64,000 nt of DNA from Chthoniobacterales bacterium (GTDB lineage Bacteria > Verrucomicrobiota > Verrucomicrobiia > Chthoniobacterales > DYNR01). The stretch is taken from contig JAOAAX010000001.1 of NCBI GenBank assembly GCA_026418675.1, positions 5,909-69,908 on the forward strand, given 5' to 3'. Position numbers and translations under genes: made by a program. The notes below the pieces were generated by a model, which was given only the letters and a program-made list of their open reading frames with translations, did no database searches and was not told the origin of the DNA. Each line of letters starts with the position of its first letter. The stretch's first letter is position 1. Positions 57,886 through 64,000 of this stretch are shown here, piece after piece.

Positions 57886-58875
57886 TCATGGAACAGGAAT
57901 CGTAGAGAAGATCCGATCAATAATTGCCTCAGGAGAAATATTTTCAGCCTCCGCTTCGTAAGTGATACCGATGCGGTGGCGGAGGACGTCCATGCCGATA
58001 GTTTTGACATCTTGAGGGGTAACGTAGCCCCGTCCATTTAGGAAAGCGTTAGCTTTGGCCGCAAGTGCAAGGGAGATTGTTGCGCGAGGAGAAGCACCAA
58101 AACGGATCAATCCATCTAAATTGAGACGGAAGGCGGATGGTTCACGGGTTGCCCAAACAAGATCCACAATGTAATTTTTGACTTTATCATCTATGTAAAT
58201 GTCGTTAACAACGGAACGTGCGCGGATAATATCCTCCGGGGCTGCAACAGGTGAAATTTCAAGGCGTGGGGAGGAGGTTGCCATTGCATCAAGGATGGCA
58301 CGCTCTTCTTGTCGAGTAGGATAAGTGACTTTAACTTTGAGAAGAAAGCGGTCGAGTTGGGCTTCCGGAAGTTGATAAGTGCCCTCTTGCTCAATGGGAT
58401 TTTGAGTAGCCATAACTAAAAACGGATCAGGGAGTTTGTAGGATTTGTCACCGATGGTGACCTGGCGTTCCTGCATTGCTTCAAGAAGGGCACTTTGAAC
58501 TTTCGCTGGAGCACGGTTGATTTCGTCGGCAAGAATCAGGTTTGAAAAAATGGGACCGAATTTGGTGGTGAATTCTCCGTCGCGCTGATTGTAGATGAGC
58601 GTTCCGATAAGGTCGGCGGGGAGAAGATCGGGAGTAAATTGAAGGCGAGAAAAACCTGTGCGAATAGCAGCCGCAAGTGTGCGAATGGAAAGAGTTTTGG
58701 CTAGTCCAGGCACTCCCTCTAAGAGAATGTGGCCATTAGTAAGAAGACCAGTGAGAAGACGTTGGAGAAGGACGCGCTGGCCAATTATAACCTTGGAAAT
58801 TTCCTCAAGGAGCGGTTTGACCCAGCGGCTGTTTTCTTCGACTAATCGGGTTATTTCAGAGGTAGATGAATACAT
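57886..58875 (-). CDS. moxR: MoxR-family AAA+ ATPase
   Basis: Motifs LEGVPGLAKT, QFTPDLLPAD, DEINRAPAKVQSALLEAMQE and LPEAQLDRF. Confidence 0.96.
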   Translation of the reverse strand: MYSSTSEITRLVEENSRWVKPLLEEISKVIIGQRVLLQRLLTGLLTNGHILLEGVPGLAKTLSIRTLAAAIRTGFSRLQFTPDLLPADLIGTLIYNQRDGEFTTKFGPIFSNLILADEINRAPAKVQSALLEAMQERQVTIGDKSYKLPDPFLVMATQNPIEQEGTYQLPEAQLDRFLLKVKVTYPTRQEERAILDAMATSSPRLEISPVAAPEDIIRARSVVNDIYIDDKVKNYIVDLVWATREPSAFRLNLDGLIRFGASPRATISLALAAKANAFLNGRGYVTPQDVKTIGMDVLRHRIGITYEAEAENISPEAIIDRIFSTIPVP

Positions 58876-59003
58876 AATTGGACCTTTTTATCAAATATTA
58901 ATGAAATTTGCTTGGAAATGTTGTGAGAATTCAAATTAGGCGTTGCCCAAAACGGAATGACAAAGCTCGAGCAAAAAAGTTCAAACTTTTTTGGGAATTG
59001 GGG

Positions 59004-59417
59004 CTAGTTGTTTGTTGGAACGAGGTAAGGCCCGACGTCGAAATTATCACCAATATTGTAAGCGTTGTAGATATGCTCAGGAACCCAAACGGTAAAATCG
59101 CGAGAATTCCCTTCGTCCTCGGGAACACGGACAGTGAAGGTAAATTCCCCTTTTACATTTCTTACTTGCAGCCCGCCTCGACGATTGAGGGTAAATTCTT
59201 CCGCAGGAGCAGGTGTAAATTTTTTTTCGACGATAGTGCCGGTCATGCGCTTCTCTGCAAAAGTGCGGTTGAAAGTATCCACAGCCCAGAAAATGGATAC
59301 CAGCAAAAGCAGGCAGCCAACTACAATGGAAATGACTAACCATAGTGGACGCTGGGGTTTAACCGTCCGCTGGGGGTCTGGCTCGTAGGGGAATGGTTTT
59401 TGTTTCTCTTCTTTCAC
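59004..59417 (-). CDS. Hypothetical single-TM protein
   Basis: One TM helix followed by a beta-rich domain (GTIVEKKF...YNAYNIGD). Confidence 0.65.
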   Translation of the reverse strand: MKEEKQKPFPYEPDPQRTVKPQRPLWLVISIVVGCLLLLVSIFWAVDTFNRTFAEKRMTGTIVEKKFTPAPAEEFTLNRRGGLQVRNVKGEFTFTVRVPEDEGNSRDFTVWVPEHIYNAYNIGDNFDVGPYLVPTNN

Positions 59418-59498
59418 AGCAAACAGAGGTTATTAACGGCTGGAAGATGAGGCAAGTTTTGAAAAAAAGATAACATAATCTGAAAAATTGGGAACGAA

Positions 59499-59996
59499 CT
59501 AATAGAGATCGCGGTCTGTAAGCTGGTTTTCATCCAAACCAAGGTAATGACCAACTTCATGGAGAAAGGTAATACGGACTTCTTCAAGGAATGCAGGTAT
59601 GTCACCGTTGGCAACAAGCCAAAGATTGCCTAACCAGAGGGTAATGCGCGGAATTTGGTAACTCATAGGATCTTCGGCTCCAACTCCTTCGAACAAACCG
59701 AGTTGATCGGGAGTTATTCCCCTCTTGAGCCATTCAACAGACGGGAAATACTCGAGGTGGATGGAAAGCTTTGCTAGGGCCTCTTGAAGCGGCAAAGGGA
59801 GTTGGTGGCAAGTATTGTCGAGTTCTTGCTCAGCAAGGCGACAGAGTTTTCGAAACGGGGGAACGCGTGAGTGAGTTTTTTTACCAAGAATGATTTTACG
59901 ATGAGAGAAAGAATCTTTTTGTGGCAAATGGCTACTACCTATGAGTCGCAGATGAAAGGGTTTTACGGACAAGAAAACTTGCAAGGTCCCGCTCAC
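59499..59996 (-). CDS. Minimal zincin metallopeptidase (Zincin_1-like); true start probably further downstream
   Basis: Motifs LGLFEG, ITLW and EVRITFLHEVGHYLGLDE. Confidence 0.85.
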   Translation of the reverse strand: MSGTLQVFLSVKPFHLRLIGSSHLPQKDSFSHRKIILGKKTHSRVPPFRKLCRLAEQELDNTCHQLPLPLQEALAKLSIHLEYFPSVEWLKRGITPDQLGLFEGVGAEDPMSYQIPRITLWLGNLWLVANGDIPAFLEEVRITFLHEVGHYLGLDENQLTDRDLY

Positions 59997-61179
59997 AGTC
60001 GCCGGCTAGATTAGGACCTGTGCTTCCAAAAAGAGGAGAAAGGCCAGGATCAAGCATAAACTCCCAAAGTTTGCCGTAGTGATGAAGCTCGTCTAAGTGA
60101 GTGAAGACGACGTGGGTTGCGGCAAGTTCCGTAGAGTGCTGGTAAAAGTGCTGAATTAGCTGCCGTTCATAAGCTGCGTTAATTACGAGGACACGCGTTT
60201 CGATAGCAAGGTCTGTAAGGATTTTTCGCAAACGAGAACGGTTTTTTTCGTTGTTTGTGCAACCTGGAATGTCGAAATAAACGGTGGTCTCTGCCGGCAC
60301 CTCAAGCAATTCGGCAGGTGAGCGCAAAAGAGGAATTCCAAGGGCTTCGCAGTATGTTGCCAGAGCTTCAGTAGAGTTTGGCTCGTCGCCGTCAAGTTTC
60401 ATGACACAAGCTCGGCGATTCCGAAGGAAAACTTCACTCGCAAGTTGCTTGCAAAGGGCAGTCGTGGCTCCTGCTCCTGGAGAACCGAAAAAGGCAACAC
60501 GGCGTGTCGCAGCAGGAATGGAACGTTGGGGAATGGCCTTTCGGAGATAAATCACAGCACGTGGAAATGCATTAGCGATGGGGAGCTCTTCTAGTTCTCG
60601 CCATTCGCGGTCCTCAGAAAACCGAAGTAAAAAAGATTCAGGAAGTCCAGCACGAATGAGAATACGATTCAACACGCTTTCCCCTCTTGATTTTTGCGAT
60701 GCCGGAGGAATAACTTTAGACGTTTGCGGATTTTGGCTGGAAACCGACGCGGATTGAGCTTCTGAAACCTGAGGAAGAATTGGGGGGGAAGACGAGGATA
60801 AATTATGTGAACTTTGAAGTTGGGAAGAAACAGGGATATTTTTCGGGTATTCTAGAGGGAGATTATTAGAAGGGATTGGTGAGGTGGAAATGTCTTTAGA
60901 AGGAAGTTTTAGAGCGGCATCCCCTGAATCGTGCGAGGGAGAAACTGATGGCAATTGCTGAGAGGAAACAGACTCTGGGGGAATGTGGGCAATAACTTCA
61001 AGCTTGGGGGATTTCAGGAAACGATCAAGGCCTTCCCCTTCAATTTGACGAACAGAAAGAACCCGTGCATTCGGGCCAAGCTTTTCACGAATAGCATTTG
61101 CCGCTTCCTGTGCGCTGGAAACAATAAACCGGTATTTTTTTCCTGTTTGAAGAGAAGAGTCACCAGCAGAAGCACTCAC
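59935..61179 (-). CDS. flhF: FlhF-like SRP-family GTPase with degenerate G-motifs
   Basis: FlhF N-terminus (A..IREKLGPNARVLSVRQ...LEVIA) and a low-complexity B region. G1 GSPGAGATT, G3 DIPG and G4 THLDE. Confidence 0.75.
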   Translation of the reverse strand: MSASAGDSSLQTGKKYRFIVSSAQEAANAIREKLGPNARVLSVRQIEGEGLDRFLKSPKLEVIAHIPPESVSSQQLPSVSPSHDSGDAALKLPSKDISTSPIPSNNLPLEYPKNIPVSSQLQSSHNLSSSSPPILPQVSEAQSASVSSQNPQTSKVIPPASQKSRGESVLNRILIRAGLPESFLLRFSEDREWRELEELPIANAFPRAVIYLRKAIPQRSIPAATRRVAFFGSPGAGATTALCKQLASEVFLRNRRACVMKLDGDEPNSTEALATYCEALGIPLLRSPAELLEVPAETTVYFDIPGCTNNEKNRSRLRKILTDLAIETRVLVINAAYERQLIQHFYQHSTELAATHVVFTHLDELHHYGKLWEFMLDPGLSPLFGSTGPNLAGDCERDLASFLVRKTLSSATHR

Positions 61180-61289
61180 GTCTTAATGTTTTTTTACGCA
61201 AGATCCTTTAAAAAAAGAAAAACGGCTCAATGTGGCCGATTTGTAATAACTAATCTGAAGAAAAAGTATATTTCTGGCAAATAAATCTT

Positions 61290-61658
61290 TCAGGCAGCGC
61301 TGCTGTAAACGGATTGGATGGCCCGTAATGGAATCGCGGATGGGGCGTTCGGCTTACGGGGAAAAGAGTTTTTTAGAAGCAATTGCTCGGTTTCGCGAGA
61401 GAGTAGAAGTAGCTTCATAAGTTTTTTCATGACAAGGTCCCGAAGAGCTGTGACAGGTCCAGGATGAAGTGTGCTACGAATTGATTCAGAACGTAGTTTC
61501 GTCAGGAGTTCATTTACACGTGTAACCATGGCTTTTTTTCTTTCTACCCAATTGGTCCCATCTTCCGATGTGTGACGAAGAGAAGAATTTTCTTCTTGCA
61601 TGAGCTCTTCTAACTCGTCACAAAATTTTGAGTATTCTTCTAAAATCTGAGCATTCAT
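61290..61658 (-). CDS. FlgN/FliT-like flagellar export chaperone
   Basis: Small helical protein (LMQEENSSL...RKK...LLLSRETEQLLLK...Y) directly downstream of flagellin. Confidence 0.55.
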   Translation of the reverse strand: MNAQILEEYSKFCDELEELMQEENSSLRHTSEDGTNWVERKKAMVTRVNELLTKLRSESIRSTLHPGPVTALRDLVMKKLMKLLLLSRETEQLLLKNSFPRKPNAPSAIPLRAIQSVYSSAA

Positions 61659-61744
61659 GTTATCGCCTCCGCGCTTTGATTATTTTAAAAGATAGATTTA
61701 GAAAAAAGTTCAAGTTGCGTTAGATAACTAACTTGCTTGTCGGC

Positions 61745-61777
61745 TTGCCGGGCCTTCCGACTGGAAGGCGCCGGCAA
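61745..61777 (-). terminator. GC-rich hairpin after flagellin
   Basis: Stem-loop TTGCCGG-GCCTTCC-GACT-GGAAGGC-GCCGGCAA, about 25 nt after the flagellin stop. Confidence 0.7.
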
Positions 61778-61803
61778 ACCGCAGCTTGCCCGTTACTCTA
61801 ACG

Positions 61804-62646
61804 CTAACCCTGCAGCAACCGGAGGACTGCTTGCGTGGACTGGTTGGCCTGCGCAAGCATAGCTGTTCCGGCCTGCTGCAAAATTGTAAACCGCGCAAGT
61901 TGCGTGCTTTCAGCAGCAACATCCACATCCACTATCCGACTATTTGCGAGTTCGAGGTTGTTACGGTTTGTAATCAACTGCTCCATTGCAAAATTAATGC
62001 GACTGGACTCGGCGCCGTTTCTTGCCCGCATAGTAGCAACGTTCTGTAATGCACTATTGATTACCGATGTTGCACTGGCAGCGCTTGTAATTTCGAGAAT
62101 CGTCACACTTGAGTTCGCTGCACTACCAACGCCTGTAGTTGTGCTAGTGAAAACATCCAGTGTAAGGCTCGTCGTTATGGTTGAATCTTCGTTGGTATAA
62201 ACAGTTATTGTTTGAGCCGAGGATGACGTCGTCGCAAAGAGGGTCACTCCATTAAACTTTTCATAGGATAAGTTTATTAATTGAGTTTGGAGTGAGGAAA
62301 ATTCTGTTTGATAGTTTTGGCGATCAGCAGAAGATTTGGTAACGTCTTGAGCCAAAACTGCCAACTCTGCCATTCTCATTAGCACCTTGTGGGCAGTAGA
62401 TAATACGCCATCCTGTGTCTTAAGAAATGATTGTGCATTTTGGAGATTAATGTTGGTTGCCTCTGTTCTGCGTAAGGCGGCACCCAACTTCATTGAAACC
62501 GCCAGCCCACCTGCATCATCAGAAGAACTAACGATTCGAGATCCACTCGAGAGCCGTTGCAAACTTTTTTGCAACGCTTGGTTAGTCGCGGCTAGATTGG
62601 TTGCTGATACTGTTGCCGCTGGATTTGTATTGATTGAGAGTGTCAT
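61804..62646 (-). CDS. fliC: Flagellin (minimal, essentially D0/D1 only)
   Basis: Motifs SINTN, RLSSGSRI...DDAGGLAV, KFNG, SRIVDVDVAAE and QAGTAMLAQANQ...LRLL. 280 aa. Confidence 0.96.
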   Translation of the reverse strand: MTLSINTNPAATVSATNLAATNQALQKSLQRLSSGSRIVSSSDDAGGLAVSMKLGAALRRTEATNINLQNAQSFLKTQDGVLSTAHKVLMRMAELAVLAQDVTKSSADRQNYQTEFSSLQTQLINLSYEKFNGVTLFATTSSSAQTITVYTNEDSTITTSLTLDVFTSTTTGVGSAANSSVTILEITSAASATSVINSALQNVATMRARNGAESSRINFAMEQLITNRNNLELANSRIVDVDVAAESTQLARFTILQQAGTAMLAQANQSTQAVLRLLQG

Positions 62647-62704
62647 GGCCTTGGATTAGGTTAGGGTTTACGTGGCAAGCTCTTGCAAGCCTTGAAAAAA
62701 ACAA

Positions 62705-62721
62705 AGCAGACACCGTGCCAA
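62705..62721 (-). promoter_or_regulatory. Sigma54 (-24/-12) promoter of flagellin
   Basis: The minus strand reads TTGGCACGGTGTCTGCT (TGGCAC-N5-CTGC), with correct GG/GC spacing, about 60 nt upstream of the ATG. An AT-rich tract lies upstream. Confidence 0.75.
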
Positions 62722-62968
62722 TCAATATAATTTATTTTATATAATTCTTATATTCAATTACTTATAAGATACTACTAAGATTCTTTTAAAAGAATATTTC
62801 AAATAAAAGCAGGAGACTTTAGGAAAAATTTTCCAAATTTTTTACTTCAAATAAACACAGGAATAAAAAAAGATATTTTTATCAATAAATAAAAAAGGGT
62901 TGATTATTAGACTTAAATATCAATTTTTAAGGGATGGAAATATTTTGTTAAACATTTAAAGTGGGAAT

Positions 62969-63331
62969 ATGTTGCAAATTATTTTCAATAAGGTCAGTGC
63001 AGCAGAAATGTCTGCTCTTCCTAAAGAACTGCAACTTGAATTGCTGGCAGAATTTGAGTTCTTGCCTGAAGACATAGGAGCTCTCGCACATGATCGGTTC
63101 GGAGTTGTTGAAAGAGAGGGGAGAAGGCTCTATCGTTTCAGAGCAAAGGACTATCGTATCTACTTTGAGGTTACCCCCGACTCTATTCTCGTGCACCGTG
63201 TTTTGCACAAAAACACACTACGTGATTTTCTGTTTCGCTCTAATTTGCCATTGGACGAAGAGGACCGCGAACTTTCCAAAGCTGGCGGTTTTTGGAAACT
63301 AATTGAGGAAGGAGAGGAAAAAGAAAAGTGA
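62969..63331 (+). CDS. RelE/ParE-fold protein with no adjacent antitoxin
   Basis: RelE-like pattern QIIFN..S..E...LP...LYRFRAKDYRIYFE....ILVHRVLHK, plus a C-terminal extension. Confidence 0.7.
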   Translation: MLQIIFNKVSAAEMSALPKELQLELLAEFEFLPEDIGALAHDRFGVVEREGRRLYRFRAKDYRIYFEVTPDSILVHRVLHKNTLRDFLFRSNLPLDEEDRELSKAGGFWKLIEEGEEKEK

Positions 63332-64000
63332 ATTTATTGGCCGAGGAAGAACGGCGGAAAATTTTTCCTGTTGTTCGATCGAAGATTTTTTTTGCTCATG
63401 CAGGGGTCTCGCCACTCCCAGCTCCTGTAGCGGAAGCTATGGCGAATTATCTCAAAGATGCAAGCAAGCAAGCCCAGGAGTTTGAGGGGGCTTGGAAAGT
63501 TGTCCAATATGCCCGGCATTTGGCTGCAGAAATTCTAACAAAAAAAACAGAGGAGGTGGCTTTATTAGGACCAACATCGCTCGGGTTAAGCCTTTTTTCC
63601 AATGGACTAAAGTGGGAAAAAGGGGATGAGGTTATCCTTTATCGAGATGATTATCCCGCCAATGTTTATCCTTGGTTGGAATTAAGAGCCAAAGGCGTTA
63701 TCATAAAAACCGTAGAACCAAAGATTGTCGGCAGAATTTTGGTGGATGATGTTTTGCAGCTCTGCACAGAGAAAACCCGGCTTGTAGCCCTACCGTCGTG
63801 CCATTATTTAACTGGCTGGAGAATCGAGACTGAAAAACTAGCCCAGGAATTAAAAAAAAGGGACATACTCTTTTCTTTAGATGCAATTCAGACGCTTGGA
63901 GCTTTCCCAACAAATTGTGCCGATGTGGATTTTGTGAGTGCTGATTCCCATAAATGGTTACTCGGCCCAATGTCAGCTGGAATAGTGGCTGTTTCGCAGA
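63328..64000 (+). CDS. Class V PLP-dependent aminotransferase / cysteine desulfurase-like, 3' truncated; absent from the ORF track
   Basis: GTG overlaps the preceding stop (GTGA). Translation gives FFAHAGVSPLP, DDYPANVYPW, LDAIQTLGA and SADSHKWLLGP (PLP Lys). Confidence 0.9.
   Translation, partial: MNLLAEEERRKIFPVVRSKIFFAHAGVSPLPAPVAEAMANYLKDASKQAQEFEGAWKVVQYARHLAAEILTKKTEEVALLGPTSLGLSLFSNGLKWEKGDEVILYRDDYPANVYPWLELRAKGVIIKTVEPKIVGRILVDDVLQLCTEKTRLVALPSCHYLTGWRIETEKLAQELKKRDILFSLDAIQTLGAFPTNCADVDFVSADSHKWLLGPMSAGIVAVSQ

Noticed and set aside
50212-58875. moxR/bat operon as the missing T6SS membrane complex
   Set aside because: This is a widespread operon separated from the T6SS by two unrelated genes. 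Proximity is the only evidence.
62673-62687. Plus-strand TGGCAAGCTCTTGCA as a second sigma54 promoter
   Set aside because: The GG-to-GC spacing is one base short of the strict -24/-12 requirement. It is better explained as a small inverted repeat.

Overview
Bacterial chromosomal window, probably from a flagellated Verrucomicrobiota-like organism (inferred from gene families and fusions, not proven). The left third is housekeeping (pyrF, xth, gpmA, mtnP, lysA, sodA, argG, purB, tRNA-Gly, tRNA-His). It also holds a decayed katG, a decayed four-gene glycosyltransferase cluster and an intact DUF1156 methylase whose catalytic motif is lost. The centre (26.0-47.2 kb, minus strand) is a type VI secretion locus: tssB-tssC-hcp-tagJ-tssE-tssF-tssG-clpV, then two vgrG/partner pairs, DUF2169-pentapeptide, pentapeptide, DUF3540 and DUF4150. 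The four-gene tail matches the tagAB-tagB-tagC-tagD module of Burkholderia T6SS-5. The locus has no tssA/J/K/L/M. Both VgrGs stop just after the gp5 OB-fold, and each is followed by a separate gene with gp5C-like Gly-every-8 repeats, a hydrophobic insert and a C-terminal coiled coil. This split, duplicated spike is the best candidate for an undescribed system. The right third has a sigma54 response regulator, an inverted soluble MCP-Cache protein, a moxR/bat operon, a degenerate FlhF, an FlgN-like gene, a minimal flagellin with a sigma54 promoter, an orphan RelE-like gene and a partial class V aminotransferase. GC skew appears to reverse across the window.
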